Origin: an uncultured Acidobacteriota bacterium | GTDB lineage: Bacteria > Acidobacteriota > Thermoanaerobaculia > Multivoradales > UBA5704 | Direction: 5' to 3' | DNA: 64,000 nucleotides | NCBI GenBank assembly: GCA_963799925.1 | Contig: CAWCYZ010000002.1 | Location: 1,425,025 to 1,489,024, forward strand | Part shown: piece after piece, positions 20,075-32,528 of the stretch | Numbering within the stretch: position 1 is the first letter of the stretch | Layout: every line of letters starts with the position of its first letter | Position numbers and translations under genes: made by a program | Notes under the pieces: model-generated | Databases searched by the model: none | What the model saw: only the letters and a program-made list of their open reading frames with translations | Told to the model about the DNA's origin: nothing

Positions 20075-21109
20075 GTGAAGAGACCTCTCTGGTGGATGCT
20101 CGCCCTCTCGCTCGCCGCCCTGGCGGCGCTCGCCGCCACGCCGCCCAACCTGCCGAAGGCGCTGGCGGCGCAGCGCCAGCTCGCCGCCGAGCGGCCCCAG
20201 GATGCCGGAGTGCAGAACGACCTCGGCAACCTCCTGCTGCTCGCCCACCGGACCGGCGAGGCGGAGACCGCCTATCGCCGGGCTCTCGAGCTCGATCCGA
20301 AGCGCACCTCGGCACTCTTCAACCTCGCCCTCCTCGAGCAGGACAAGGGCGAGCTCAAGCCGGCGCGCAAGCTCTTCGAGCAGGTGGTCCAGCTCGAGCC
20401 GCAGCACGCCTGGGCGCACTTTCAGCTCGGTGCGATCGCCGAGGCCGAGGGGCGCCGGGGCCCGGCGGTCGACGAGTACGCCCGCGCCTTCGCGCTCGAC
20501 CCGCAGCTCGCCTTCCCGGACGTCAACCCGCACGTCGTGGGGAGCCAGCTGATGACGGAGTCGCTGCTGCGCTCCTACCGCCAGAGCGCGATGCCGCCGC
20601 AGGCGCCGAAGTCCTACGAGCAGCCCGGCCGGATCGCCTCGATCCTCGTCGGCGCACCGGCGTCGGCGCCGGCGGTGGACCAGATGGCGGGGCAGCCGGC
20701 GCCGCTGACCCGGCAGCCCGCCGCCGCCCCCGGCGCCGGTGCGCCGCCGCAGGTGATCGGCGCGGGCAACCTGCCGCGCGGCGCCGGCACCGGCCAGGCG
20801 CTGCCGCCCGGCACGGCGAAGCGGCCGTCGACGCCGGCCGGCGCCGTGGGCGGCTACCGGGCCGGCGCTGCGGGCACCGCCACCCGCAACTGGCCGCGCC
20901 CCGACCCCAATCTGCCGAACTCCAACCTGGATGCGGACGACGACGACGGCGCCCCCGCGCAGGCGCCGATCCAGCCCCAGATCAACCCGCCCCCGGTGAT
21001 CGTCGCGCCGCCCTCCGCCGGCCTGTACTACCGGCCGGGCCTGGCGAGCTCGGGCCGCCTGGAGATCGAGCTCCTGGGGAGCGCACGCCCGGTCAAGGCC
21101 GCCGGTTGA
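20075..21109 (+). CDS. TPR repeat protein, secreted
   Basis: Signal [24 protein letters not shown]-like repeats are [23 protein letters not shown] and [23 protein letters not shown]. The C-terminal half is low-complexity. Confidence 0.8.
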   Translation: MKRPLWWMLALSLAALAALAATPPNLPKALAAQRQLAAERPQDAGVQNDLGNLLLLAHRTGEAETAYRRALELDPKRTSALFNLALLEQDKGELKPARKLFEQVVQLEPQHAWAHFQLGAIAEAEGRRGPAVDEYARAFALDPQLAFPDVNPHVVGSQLMTESLLRSYRQSAMPPQAPKSYEQPGRIASILVGAPASAPAVDQMAGQPAPLTRQPAAAPGAGAPPQVIGAGNLPRGAGTGQALPPGTAKRPSTPAGAVGGYRAGAAGTATRNWPRPDPNLPNSNLDADDDDGAPAQAPIQPQINPPPVIVAPPSAGLYYRPGLASSGRLEIELLGSARPVKAAG

Positions 21110-21139
21110 GGCGTTGCGTCCTGCCCAGCGGCACCGTTC

Positions 21140-22210
<1,071 letters not shown>

Positions 22211-22277
22211 GGTGGTGATCTCCTGGTGTCCGGCAGCGCCGCCGCCGGCTCTAGAGGGTTCGGGAGTCGCCGGGCTT

Positions 22278-22874
22278 CTACGGCGACGGGAGCCGCTTCG
22301 CGACCTCGCCCCAGAAGGCGGCCAGGTCGAGCCGGATCTCCGGCGTAGCCTGGGAGCGGTACTCGCCGCCGGCCGGCAGGGCGACCACGAAGCGGCCGGA
22401 CTCGTTGACGAGAAACTCGATCTGCCGCTCCGCCGGATCGACGATCCAGTACTCGCCGACGCCGGTCTCTGCGTAGAGGGCGAGCTTCTCGCCCCGGTCG
22501 CGCCGGGCGGTGCCGGGCGAGAGGACCTCGATCAACAGGTCGGGCGCCCCCTCGACGCGCTCGCGCACGGCGCGCCGGCGCGCCGCCGACAGGTAGATCA
22601 CGTCCGGCTGCACCACCGAGTGGTCCGCGAGGACGACGTCGAGCGGAGCGAGCAGGGCCAGGCCTCCGGCGGCGCCGGCGATGGGGTCGAGGAAGCTCCA
22701 GAGGAGCGCGACGACGACCTGATGCAGCGGCGAAGGGCTCGGGCTCAGGTAGAACCTCCCCAGGATGAGCTCGCAGCGCGGCTCGTCGGACAGGTTGTCG
22801 TAGTCCCCCTGGCGGTAAGGACCGAGGCCGGAGGGGGATGCGAGCGGCGGCTCGTCGAGCAGGGCGACCGACAT
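22278..22874 (-). CDS. Uma2 (DUF820) family endonuclease
   Basis: 198 aa. Motifs VVQPDVIYLS, PDLLIEVLSPGT and GVGEYWIVDP are typical of Uma2. Confidence 0.85.
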   Translation of the reverse strand: MSVALLDEPPLASPSGLGPYRQGDYDNLSDEPRCELILGRFYLSPSPSPLHQVVVALLWSFLDPIAGAAGGLALLAPLDVVLADHSVVQPDVIYLSAARRRAVRERVEGAPDLLIEVLSPGTARRDRGEKLALYAETGVGEYWIVDPAERQIEFLVNESGRFVVALPAGGEYRSQATPEIRLDLAAFWGEVAKRLPSP

Positions 22875-22932
22875 GGGGCGAGTATATCTCCCAGGGCCGG
22901 CGGCCCCGGATGCGGCGGGTACGCGGCGCCGG

Positions 22933-24291
22933 TTAAGGCAGGCGCCGCATCTCGAGGCCGGTCGCCAGCACCGTCGGCGCGCCGATCATGCCGTCGAGCA
23001 GGTGGAAGGTGAGGTCGCGGCCGACGCCGGCGATGCCGCGCAGGAGCGCCGGGACGTCGCCGGTCAGGCCAGACGCCGTTGAGCGGCGAGGTGGCGCGGC
23101 CGGCCTCCAGCCGGAAGCCGCAGACCGGGAGGGCGAAGCGGCCGGTCTCGAGATCGAGCGCGAGCCGGCCGGTGCCGCCGACGTCGAGGGCGTAGGCGCC
23201 GCGGCGGACGGCGCCGACGAGGGCGGCCACCCCGACCCGCGGCTCGGGCCGCAGATAGAGGTGGGTGGGGCCCGGCGTCGGCAGGTCGCGCCAGCTCGGG
23301 CGGCGGCTGCAGCCGGAGGGGGTGCCGGCGGCGCGCTCGGCGTCCTTCCAGGTGAGCAGCGGCTGGCGGAAGATCCCGGCCTCGACGAGCACCACCTCGC
23401 GGCTCGGCACCCCTTCGCCGTCGACCCCGCACTCGAAGACGCCGCCGGGGAATCGCCCGTCGTCGACGATCGTCGCGAGCTCGCTCGCCATGCGCCCGTG
23501 GCGATCGCGGAACCCGGCGCCGCGGGAGGCCGCCTGGGGGCCCACGAGGAGCGGCGCCAATCCGGCCAGGAGCCGCGCCACGACCGGCGGGGCGAGGAGG
23601 ATCTCCGGCGTCTCGCCGGGCTCGGCCGGCGGCGCCGCGGCGACCTCCAGGCGGACGGCCAGGCGGCGGGCGAGGGCGCGCGGGTCGAAGCGCCGGGCCT
23701 CGCGGGCGGCGAGGTAGAGCGCGGCGACGGGCGCGGCCGCGCCCGGGCCCGCGCGCTTCGACGTGGAGCGAGGCGACGCGGTGGCGGGTGCGGGCGCGGA
23801 CGCCCCGGCTGCTGGCGAGCTCCCCCTCGCTCCAGCCGTCCTCGAGGGCGGCGCGGAGGAGCCGCGCGCCGGGGAGGGCCGCATCGAGCTCGCTGCCGAG
23901 GCTGGCGAGCAGGCGCAGGCCCTCGCTCTCGCCGATCGAGCGGCGCGTCGAGATCCGCCGGCTGACCCCAGCGCACCGGCTCGGCCGGCGGCAGCGCCAG
24001 GAGCCGCCCCGAGGGCTCGGGCCACGGCCCCTCCGGGCGCGGCTCGCCGGTGCCGCCGGCGAAGAAGGAGCCCCGCGGGTCGCCGGCGCGGAGCGCCCAG
24101 GCGCGCTCGCGGACGAAGGCCGAGGTCTCGGTCGCCTCGGTGCGCTCGAGCCGCCGCGAGCGGCCGTGCTTGGCGAAGATCTCGAGCGCGGAGAGGCGGC
24201 GGCGGGCGAGGGCGCTGAGGACGTCTTCGAGGGCGGGGAGCGCCGGCGCTGGGGAGGGTGGAGGATGCGGCGGCTCGGCCGGCGGGCTCAT
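22933..24291 (-). pseudogene. pmbA: PmbA/TldE-family metalloprotease, about three apparent frameshifts
   Basis: The start ATG overlaps the tldD stop (ATGA at 24288-24291). Homologous sequence runs through three frames, with switches near 23945, 23745 and 23075. The C-terminus is LTGDVPALLRGIAGVGRDLTFHLLDGMIGAPTVLATG. Confidence 0.7.
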
Positions 24292-25599
24292 GCGACGCCG
24301 ACGCCTTCGAGCCGGAGGGCCGGCGTCGTCGCCCATACCGGGAGCTTCTGCCCGCCCTTGGCGCACCAGCCGGCGCCCGCCGCGTGCGCCTCGCGCCCGA
24401 CCGCCGTCGCGCGGGTCAGGAGATCGGCCACCCGGCCGCGCAGCGCGCAGGGGCCAAGGAACTCGGCGGGGGCGCCGTGGCGGATGCGGCGGGCGTAGGG
24501 GAGCTGGAGGGTGAACTCGCCGGAGACCGGATCGAGCGCGCCGCGGCTCGCCGCCTCGAGGTAGAGGCCGCCCTCGGCGTCGGCGAAGAGGTCCGCCTCC
24601 GCCGGCTCGCCGGGGAGGAGCTCCAGGTGGCTCGAGCGCGGGCCCGGCGGCAGGTGGCGGCTGCCGCGCCGGCCGGCGCCCGGCACGAAGGCGGGCGAGA
24701 GGCGCGACCAGAGCGCGTCGGCGAGCGGCTGCTCGACGGCGCCGCGGCGCAGCAGCCAGCGGCGGCAGACCGGCGAGCCTTCGTCATCCGTGGCGCGGCG
24801 GACCCCGTCCGGCGCGGCGGCCGGGTCGTCGAGGACGTCGAGGCACGGGGCGCCGAGGAGGAGACCGAGCGCCGCCTCCGGCCGCCCCGTCGCGGCGAGC
24901 GTGTCGGCCTCGAGAGCATGGGCGACCGCCTCGTGGAGGAGGACCGCGGTGGCGCCGGGGCCGAGCACGGCGACGCCGTCGGCGAGCTGGGCCGCGGGGG
25001 CGCCGCGGGCGCGGAAGAGGGCGACCACAGGCGGCCGCCATGCTCTGCGCCGCGGCCTGGCCGAAGCCGGGGAAGAGAGCGCCGTGGCGGCCCCAGGCGA
25101 GCTCCGCCGCGCAGCTGTAGAAGGTCTCGCTCTCCGGCGTCGCGGCGAGCCGCGATCCCACCACCGCGATGGCGCGGCGGTGGCGGCGGACGGTCAGGCG
25201 CAGCGGAAAGCCCACGTGGTGCGCGCGGACGGCGCGCGCCACGCTGGCCGGGAACTCGGCGAGCTCGGGGGCGCGCGGCGGCCCGTCCCAGGGCGCCACC
25301 GGCAGCGCCGGCTCCGAGTAGTTGGCGGAGGGGAGAGCCCGCGCCACCTGGCGGACGGCCTCCGCGAACGGCCGCGGCTCGATGCCGTCGCGCGAGGCGA
25401 AGAAGGTGCGGCCGGCGCGCACCAGACGCACCGCGAACCCCTCCTCGCGCCGCGCCCGCAATCCCGGCCCCTCGCCCTCGGGCTGCAGCTCGAGGTCTTC
25501 ACGCCGCTCGAAGTAGGCGTCGGCCAGGTCCGCGGGTTGCTCGGCGAGCTGGGAGAGGGTGCGGGCGATCGCGGCGGCATCGAGCTGCGAAAACGGCAC
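24288..25599 (-). pseudogene. tldD: TldD-family metalloprotease, apparent frameshift near 25030
   Basis: The N-terminal half (VPFSQLDAAAIARTL...AYFERRE) sits in the track ORF 24784-27474 frame. The C-terminal half with the HEXXH-like LLHEAVAHALEAD and GWCAKGGQ sits in ORF 24288-25028. Confidence 0.8.
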
Positions 25600-25788
25600 G
25601 GGTCGATTGTGGCACAGGTGTCCGGCGCGGCCGGTGCGGCGCCGTTTCGCCCCGCTCCGTTCCCTCGGGTCTCGGCGCCCCCGGCGCCGGCGATTCGAGC
25701 CGGTGGCCGGCGTCTCGGGCCGGGAGCGCCGCCAGTCGCTCCGCGGGGCGAAACGGCGCCGGCACCGGGCTGCTAAGATCGCGCCGCC

Positions 25789-27354
25789 ATGAGCGGAGCG
25801 GGGACCGAGAAGCTGGGGAAGGTCGAGGAGCTGCGGGAGCGCCTGGCGGCGGCGGAGCGCGGCGGCGGCGAGGAGCGCCGGGCGCGCCAGCACGCCGCCG
25901 GCAAGCTGACGGCGCGCGAGCGGGTCGAGCTGCTGCTCGACGCCGGCTCGTTCGTCGAGATCGATGCTCTCGTCACCCACCGCTGCCGCGACTTCGACAT
26001 GGAATCGAGCCTGATCCCGGGCGACGGCGTCGTCTGTGGCTACGGCATGATCGACGGGCGGTTGATCTACGTCTTCGCCCAGGACTTCACCGTCTTCGGC
26101 GGCTCGCTCTCCGAAACCAACGCGCGGAAGATCTGCAAGGTGATGGACCTCGCGGTCGAGAACGGCGCGCCGATCGTCGGCTTGAACGATTCGGGCGGCG
26201 CCCGCATCCAGGAAGGGGTCGCCTCGCTCGGCGGCTATGCCGACATCTTCCTGCGCAACACCATGGCCTCGGGCGTCGTGCCGCAGATCTCCGCCATCAT
26301 GGGACCGTGCGCCGGCGGCGCCGTCTACTCGCCGGCGATCACCGACTTCATCTTCATGGTCGAGGGGACGAGCTACATGTTCGTCACCGGCCCCGAGGTG
26401 ATCCGCACGGTGACCCACGAGGAGGTGAGCAAGGAGGAGCTGGGCGGCGCGGCGACCCACGCGGGCAAGAGCGGCGTCTGCCACTTCACCGTCGAGAGCG
26501 ACGCCGCGTGCCTCGCGGCCGTCCGCGACCTGCTCTCCTACCTGCCGAGCAACAACCTCGACGATCCGCCGCCGGGGGTGAGCGAAGACGATCCGGATCG
26601 CGAGTCGGAGGGGCTCGACACCCTGGTCCCGGCGGACCCCAACAAGCCCTACGACGTCAAGCGCCTCATCGCCGAGGTGGTCGACGACGGCCGCTTCTTG
26701 GAGGTCCACGCGGCCTACGCCAGGAACCTGTGCGTCGGCTTCGCCCGCTTCGGCAACCGCAGCGTCGGCATCGTCGCCAACCAGCCGAGCTACCTCGCCG
26801 GCGTGCTCGACATCGACGCCTCGGGGAAGGGCGCCCGCTTCGTCCGCTTCTGCGACGCCTTCAACCTGCCGCTCGTCACCTTCGAGGACGTGCCCGGGTT
26901 CCTCCCCGGCACGCAGCAGGAGTTCGGCGGCATCATCAAGCATGGCGCCAAGCTCCTCTTCGCCTATGCCGAGGCGACGGTGCCGAAGATCACCATCATC
27001 ACGCGGAAGGCCTACGGCGGCGCCTATTGCGTCATGGCGAGCAAGCACCTGCGCACCGACGTCAACCTCGCCTACCCGACCGCCGAGATCGCGGTGATGG
27101 GCCCCGAGGGCGCGGTCAACGTCCTCTACCGCCGCGAGCTCGAGGCGGCGGGCGAGCCGGCGGCGCTCCGCGCCGAGAAGGTGTCCGAGTACCGGGCGCG
27201 CTTTTCCTCGCCCTACATCGCCGCCGAGCGCGGCTTCGTCGACGCCGTGATCGAGCCGCGCACGACCCGCCGCGAGATCGTCCGCGCTCTGCGCCAGCTC
27301 TCCGGCAAGCGCGCCGGCCTGCCGGCGAAGAAACATGGCAACATCCCGTTGTAG
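25789..27354 (+). CDS. acyl-CoA carboxylase carboxyltransferase subunit (propionyl-CoA carboxylase beta / methylmalonyl-CoA carboxyltransferase family)
   Basis: 521 aa. Contains [33 protein letters not shown] and the full-length carboxyl_trans pattern. Confidence 0.9.
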   Translation: MSGAGTEKLGKVEELRERLAAAERGGGEERRARQHAAGKLTARERVELLLDAGSFVEIDALVTHRCRDFDMESSLIPGDGVVCGYGMIDGRLIYVFAQDFTVFGGSLSETNARKICKVMDLAVENGAPIVGLNDSGGARIQEGVASLGGYADIFLRNTMASGVVPQISAIMGPCAGGAVYSPAITDFIFMVEGTSYMFVTGPEVIRTVTHEEVSKEELGGAATHAGKSGVCHFTVESDAACLAAVRDLLSYLPSNNLDDPPPGVSEDDPDRESEGLDTLVPADPNKPYDVKRLIAEVVDDGRFLEVHAAYARNLCVGFARFGNRSVGIVANQPSYLAGVLDIDASGKGARFVRFCDAFNLPLVTFEDVPGFLPGTQQEFGGIIKHGAKLLFAYAEATVPKITIITRKAYGGAYCVMASKHLRTDVNLAYPTAEIAVMGPEGAVNVLYRRELEAAGEPAALRAEKVSEYRARFSSPYIAAERGFVDAVIEPRTTRREIVRALRQLSGKRAGLPAKKHGNIPL

Positions 27355-27497
27355 GCCCCGGGGATCTCGGCGGGCAAACCGAATCGCTGCTTGGACTTGG
27401 CTTTCCTTGACACGCGGCGGGGGGGTGCGGCAAGCTGACGCCGCTTTGTCATCAGGGTTGCAGAGATAGTTCATCGCTCGCCACCTGAGGAGGGGGC

Positions 27498-27830
27498 ATG
27501 AGAGAAAAAGATCGAGAGCTGAGGCGCCGGCGCCAGCGCCGCATCAAGCGCCTGAAGAAACGCAGCCAGGAGGCGGCGCAGCACAAGCCCGAGCGCCTGC
27601 AGGCCTCGAAGCGGCCGGTGAAGAAGCCGCCCGCCGAAGGGGAGCCGCAGGGCACCGCCGAGGCGGGAGGCGGCGCCGCGGGGGACGAGCCGAAGAAGAA
27701 GCCGGCCGCCAAGAAGCCGGCCGCCGAGGGCGCGGCGAAGAAGCCGGCGGCGAAGAAGGCGGCGCCCAAGAAGCCCGAGGCGGCCGCCGAGACGGCGGGC
27801 GGGACGGCGGAAAAGGAGCCGGAAGGCTGA
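27498..27830 (+). CDS. small highly basic Lys/Ala/Pro-repeat protein (histone H1-like)
   Basis: GAGGAGGGGG SD precedes the ATG, 110 aa. The Arg/Lys-rich N-terminus is RELRRRRQRRIKRLKKR, with KKPAAKK-type repeats in the C-terminal half. Confidence 0.65.
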   Translation: MREKDRELRRRRQRRIKRLKKRSQEAAQHKPERLQASKRPVKKPPAEGEPQGTAEAGGGAAGDEPKKKPAAKKPAAEGAAKKPAAKKAAPKKPEAAAETAGGTAEKEPEG

Positions 27831-27915
27831 CCGCGGCCCGCTCACGTTCGGCTCGGCCTTTGGCGTAGGTGATCGGCTGGTACGGATGATGCGGATCTAG
27901 CGAAGAGGGGGTGAC

Positions 27916-29169
27916 ATGCCGGACTACCGATCGCTCAAAGCCGTCGATCCCGAGGTGTACCAGGCCATCGCCGACGAGCGCGGGCGCCAGAACCGCGGCC
28001 TCGAGCTGATCGCCTCGGAGAACTTCGTCAGCCGCGCCGTGCTGGAGGCGGCGGGCAGCGTCCTCACCAACAAGTACGCCGAGGGCTACCCCGGCCGGCG
28101 CTACTACGGCGGCTGCGAGTTCGTCGACGTCGTCGAGCGGCTGGCGATCGAGCGCGCCAAGGCTCTCTTCGGCGCGGCGCACGTCAACGTCCAACCCCAC
28201 AGCGGCACCTCCGCCAACATGGCGGTCTACTTCGCCATGCTGAAGCCCGGCGACAAGCTGATGGGGATGGACCTCTCCTGCGGCGGCCACCTCACCCATG
28301 GCCACCGGCTCTCCTACTCCGGCCGCGACTTCCAGGTCGTCGCCTACGGCGTCGACCGGGCGAGCGAGCAGATCGACTACGACGAGGTCGAGCGCATCGC
28401 CCTCGCCGAGCGGCCGAAGCTGATCATCTGCGGCGCCTCCGCCTACAGCCGGGTGATCGACTTCGCGCGCTTCCGCGCCATCGCCGACCGCGCCGGCGCC
28501 CTGCTGATGGCCGACATCGCGCACATCGCCGGGCTGGTCGTCGCCGGGCTCCACCCTTCGCCCGTGCCGCACTGCCAGTTCGTCACCACCACCACCCACA
28601 AGACGCTGCGCGGGCCCCGCGCCGGCATGGTGATGTGCGAGGAGGCCTACGCCAAGGAGATCGACCGCGCGGTCTTTCCCGGCATCCAGGGCGGGCCGCT
28701 GATGCACATCGTCGCCGCCAAGGCGGTGGCGCTCCTGGAGGCCGCGAGCGAGGAGTTCCGCGCCTACCAGCGGCAGATCGTGGCGAACGCCCGGGCGCTG
28801 GCCGCCCGGCTGACGGCCGAGGGCTTCCGCGTGGTCTCGGGCGGCACCGACAACCACGTCTTCCTCCTCGACGTCTCGGCCGCCGGCCTGACCGGCAAGG
28901 TGGCGGAGAAGGCGCTCGAGGCGGCGAGCATCACGGTCAACAAGAACACCATCCCCTACGATCCCAACCCGCCCCTCGTCGCCTCCGGCGTGCGCATCGG
29001 CACCCCGGCCCTGACCAGCCGCGACATGCGCGAGCCGGAGATGGACCTCGTGGGCGGCCTGATCGCCGAGGTGCTCCGCGCCCCCGAGGACGCGGCCGTC
29101 CACGCCTCCGTAGAGGGCCGCGTGCGCGATCTCGCCGAGCGCTTCCCCCTCTACGACGCCCTGATGTAG
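27916..29169 (+). CDS. glyA: serine hydroxymethyltransferase
   Basis: 417 aa. Contains [23 protein letters not shown] and the PLP lysine context [12 protein letters not shown]. Confidence 0.95.
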   Translation: MPDYRSLKAVDPEVYQAIADERGRQNRGLELIASENFVSRAVLEAAGSVLTNKYAEGYPGRRYYGGCEFVDVVERLAIERAKALFGAAHVNVQPHSGTSANMAVYFAMLKPGDKLMGMDLSCGGHLTHGHRLSYSGRDFQVVAYGVDRASEQIDYDEVERIALAERPKLIICGASAYSRVIDFARFRAIADRAGALLMADIAHIAGLVVAGLHPSPVPHCQFVTTTTHKTLRGPRAGMVMCEEAYAKEIDRAVFPGIQGGPLMHIVAAKAVALLEAASEEFRAYQRQIVANARALAARLTAEGFRVVSGGTDNHVFLLDVSAAGLTGKVAEKALEAASITVNKNTIPYDPNPPLVASGVRIGTPALTSRDMREPEMDLVGGLIAEVLRAPEDAAVHASVEGRVRDLAERFPLYDALM

Positions 29170-29197
29170 CCGGGCCTGACGGCCCTTCCGCCAAGGG

Positions 29198-29226
29198 TTT
29201 ACAGAAAAACAGAAGCAAAGGATACT
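29198..29226 (+). promoter_or_regulatory. candidate sigma-70 promoter upstream of sulfotransferase pair 1
   Basis: TTTACA, a 17-nt spacer, then GATACT, inside the only AT-rich island between glyA and 29263. Confidence 0.4.
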
Positions 29227-29262
29227 CGCCGTCTTGCCGGCGCTTCCTGTAGAGGATGGCCG

Positions 29263-30201
29263 GTGGCGAGGACGCGCGTGAAGAGACGGTCCATCCGCTG
29301 GATGAAGACGAAGCTGTGGCTCGTCGGGCTGCTGCGGAGCGGCTACGACCCGCTCTATCAGACGCTGCGCTTCTGGGCGATGCGGCGCTTCGTCTACGAT
29401 CCGCGGCCGGACGACATCTTCGTCGTCAGCTACCCCAAGTCGGGGACGACGCTGATGCAGATGATCCTCTATCAGCTCACCACGGGCGGCGAGGGCGATC
29501 TCGACCGCATCCCCCACCTCGACGCGGTCTCGCCCTGGTTCGAGTTCGATCTCGACCTCGACTCCGGTCCGTTCCTCGCCGCCCTCCCCTCGCCGCGCGT
29601 CTTCAAGAGTCACTTCCGGCGCTTCTGGCTGCCCAGGAACGGTCGCTTCATCTACCTCGTCCGCGATATCCGCGACGTCGCTCTGTCGGCCTACCACCAC
29701 TTCGCCCTGGTCGCCGGCCGCGAGGTCGAGCTCGATCCGTTCGTCGACGCCTTCCTGCGCGGCCACCCGATGTTCGCGGGCTCCTGGCGCGGGCATCTCC
29801 GCTCCTGGTGGCCGCACCGCAACGACCCCAACGTCCTCTTCGTCGCCTATGGCGACATGGTCGCCGATCTCGCGGGCACGGTCCGCAAGGTCGCCGCCTT
29901 CTGCGGCCTCGCGGTGCCGGAGCCCGCGATGCCGCGCCTCCTCGAGCGCTGCGGAATCGCCGCCATGAGGGCGCACGACGAGAAGCTCGATCCGCGTCTC
30001 CACAGGACGGTGGCGATGGACCGTGGCTTTCTCGGCCGCGGCGCGCCCGGGGCGGGCCGCCGCGAGCTCTCCCCGCGCCAGCGGCGGCGGCTGGCCGAGC
30101 GGGTCACCGCCCTCGCCCGCGAGCTCGACCGGCCGCCCGGCGAGCGGCACGCGCGGCTGATCCGGCCCGACGCCGGACCCGCCGGGCCGGAGATCGGATA
30201 G
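29263..30201 (+). CDS. Sulfotransfer_1-type (cytosolic-like, PAPS-dependent) sulfotransferase, copy 1
   Basis: 312 aa. 5'-PSB loop SYPKSGTTLMQ, catalytic-His context VFKSHF, 3'-PB VRDIRDVALSAYHH, C-terminal GRGAPGAGRRELS. Confidence 0.85.
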   Translation: MARTRVKRRSIRWMKTKLWLVGLLRSGYDPLYQTLRFWAMRRFVYDPRPDDIFVVSYPKSGTTLMQMILYQLTTGGEGDLDRIPHLDAVSPWFEFDLDLDSGPFLAALPSPRVFKSHFRRFWLPRNGRFIYLVRDIRDVALSAYHHFALVAGREVELDPFVDAFLRGHPMFAGSWRGHLRSWWPHRNDPNVLFVAYGDMVADLAGTVRKVAAFCGLAVPEPAMPRLLERCGIAAMRAHDEKLDPRLHRTVAMDRGFLGRGAPGAGRRELSPRQRRRLAERVTALARELDRPPGERHARLIRPDAGPAGPEIG

Positions 30202-31101
30202 ATGGCGGCGACCGGAGGCCTCACCTGGCGCGCGGTCCGGGCGACGATGGCCGCCCTCGGCGCTCTCGACCGGAGCGGCGAGCGAGCCTTCACCGGGCTG
30301 CGGCAGGATCTCGCGCTCGCCAGCCAGCTGCGGCCGCGGCCGGACGATCTCTATCTCGTCGGCTTTCCGCGCTCGGGCCTCAGCCTCCTCCAGATGGCGC
30401 TCCACCAGCTCACGACCGACGGCGAGATGAGCTTCGTCCATATCGCGAGCGTCTCGCCGACGCTCGAGAACGAGGTGGTGAGGGCGGGGAGGCGCTACCT
30501 CGAGCAGATCCCCCCGCCGCGCGTCTTCAAGAGCCATCTCCTCTACGCGCGCCTGCCGCGCCCCGGCCGCGTCGTCTATCTGGCGCGCGACCTGGGAGAC
30601 GTCGCCGTCTCGGCCTACCACTACTGCGCCCTCCTCGCCGGCCGCGAGCTCGACCTCGACGACTTCCTCCGCCGCTTCGTCGCGGGCCATCCGAGGCTCG
30701 GTGGCGTCACCTGGTTCGAGCACCTGCGGTCGTGGTGGCCGCATCGCGGCGATCCGGATGTCCTCTTCCTCGACTACGACGAGGTCGTGGCGGACCTCGC
30801 CGGCACGCTCCGCCGCCTCGCCGGCTTCTGCGGCCTGGCGCTCGACGCGCGCGAGCTGCCGCGGATGGTCGAGCGCTGCGGCTTCGCTTTCATGCGCCGC
30901 CACGAGGCCCGTTTCGACCCCCGGCGGCGTCACCTGAGCGGGCGGGTGGGGAGCTTCGTCCGCAAAGGGGAGCCGGGGGGCGGCAAGGCCGAGCTCTCGG
31001 CTCGCCACCGGGAGCGGATGGCGAGCGAGGCCGCCAGGCTCGGCAGGGCGCTCGGCTGCCGGCCCGGCGATCCCCACGCCGGGATCTTCACCCTCGACTA
31101 G
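30202..31101 (+). CDS. Sulfotransfer_1-type sulfotransferase, copy 2 (variant PSB loop)
   Basis: 299 aa. The ATG abuts the copy-1 stop. Contains GFPRSGLSLLQ, VFKSHL, ARDLGDVAVSAYHY and VRKGEPGGGKAELS. Confidence 0.8.
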   Translation: MAATGGLTWRAVRATMAALGALDRSGERAFTGLRQDLALASQLRPRPDDLYLVGFPRSGLSLLQMALHQLTTDGEMSFVHIASVSPTLENEVVRAGRRYLEQIPPPRVFKSHLLYARLPRPGRVVYLARDLGDVAVSAYHYCALLAGRELDLDDFLRRFVAGHPRLGGVTWFEHLRSWWPHRGDPDVLFLDYDEVVADLAGTLRRLAGFCGLALDARELPRMVERCGFAFMRRHEARFDPRRRHLSGRVGSFVRKGEPGGGKAELSARHRERMASEAARLGRALGCRPGDPHAGIFTLD

Positions 31102-32461
31102 CTCGCGAGACCGCCGGGTCCGGTGCGCATCGCCGCCGCCGCCTCGGGGACGCCGAAGCGCTCCCGTAAGCGCCGCCGCACCTCGCCGAGGAGGAAGATC
31201 GAGCCGCAGGCGACGAGGGTGTCGCCGCCCAGCGCCAGCGCCCGGTCGAGCGCCGCCGCTGGATCGGGCTCGATGAGCGAGAGAATGGTCGCCGGCAGGA
31301 GGGCGGCGAGCTCGGCGGGGGGCGCGCCCGCGGGCTCTCCGGTGTCGTGAGGACCGCGCGGCCGACGAACGGGGAGAGGATGCCGAGGATGGCGGCGGCG
31401 TCCTTGTCGGCGAGGACGCCGAAGAGGAGGTCGACCGGGCGGTCCGGACGCCGGAGACCGGCGAGGAAGTCGGCGAGCACGGCGGCGCCGCCGGCGTTGT
31501 GGGCGGCATCGAGCAGCACGCGGCGGCCATCGGGGAGGGCCACCGCCTCGAGCCGCCCCGGCCAGCGGCAGGCGGCGGCGCCGCGGGCGATCGCCGCGGC
31601 GTCCAGGCGCGCGAAGCCGAGGTCGGCGAGCCGCTCGGCGGCGAGGACGGCGAGCGCCAGGTTCTTCGCCTGATGCCCCCCCAGGAGGGCGGTGGCGAGC
31701 TCGTAGCGGCGGATGCCGTCCGTCCGCCCCGCGGCCGGGCAGGTGGCGAGTGCGACCGCCTGTCCCTCCAAACCGCGCGGCACCACCGCCTCGATCCGCG
31801 CCCGCTCCGGCCCCCAGGCGAGATCGGCCCCCAGCTCGGCCGCCGCGCGGCCCACCGCCGCCGCCGCCTCGGCGTCCTCGATCCAGGCGATCGCCGGTCG
31901 GCCGGCGCGCAGGATCCCCGCCTTCTCGGCGGCGATCAGGGCGAGCGTCGCGCCCAGGTGCTCGGTATGGTCGAGGCTGATCGGAGTGATGAGCGAGAGG
32001 AGGGGATCGGCGACGTTCGTCGCGTCGAGCCGCCCGCCCATCCCCACCTCGAGGACCGCCAGATCGACCCGCTCCTCGGCGAACCAGAGGAAGGCCGCCA
32101 GGGTGAGCGCCTCGAAGTAGGTCGGCCGTCCTTCGGGCTCGCCGCCGCCCGCGGCGACCACCCGCTCGAGGAGGCCGCCCAGCCGCTCCGGCTCGATCGC
32201 CCGGCCGTCGATGCGGAGGCGCTCCTCGACCGCCTCGAGGTGCGGCGAGGTGTAGAGGCCGGTGCGATACCCCGCCGCGCCCGCCATGGCGGCGAGGAGT
32301 GCCGAGGTCGAGCCCTTGCCGTTGCTCCCCGCGACGAGCACCGCCGGCAGCCCCTTCTCCGGCGCCCCGAGCGCCGCCAGCAGCCGCCGCGGGCGGTCGA
32401 GCCCGAGCCGGATGCCGAAGACCTCGAGGCTGCGGAGCAGCTCCTGATAACTGTCGTGCAC
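31098..32461 (-). pseudogene. folC: folylpolyglutamate synthase/dihydrofolate synthase FolC, frameshift in a G6/C6 homopolymer at 31317-31322
   Basis: Contains VAGSNGKGSTSALLA, YTSPHL, EVGMGGRLDATNV and IAAEKAGIL. After TTPESPRARPP the C-terminus (AELAALLPATILSLIEPD...ACGSIFLLGEV) continues in another frame. The start is ambiguous (GTG 32461 or ATG 32536). Confidence 0.8.
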
Positions 32462-32465
32462 AAAC

Positions 32466-32494
32466 TTTACAGCATATTGATGTTCGTCTACGTT
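32466..32494 (+). promoter_or_regulatory. candidate sigma-70 promoter upstream of sulfotransferase pair 2
   Basis: TTTACA, a 17-nt spacer, then TACGTT, in an AT-rich island. The -35 hexamer is the same as at 29198. Confidence 0.35.
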
Positions 32495-32528
32495 TTGTTG
32501 CCGTCGGCGATGAAGCCGCGGCGTCGAG

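Noticed and set aside
27831-27915. Possible folate/ZTP-type riboswitch upstream of glyA, and likewise near folC
   Set aside because: The 85-nt leader lacks the conserved ZTP (GGGUCGUGACUGGCG...CCGCCUGGGCA-like) or THF motifs and any convincing pseudoknot-forming complementarity.
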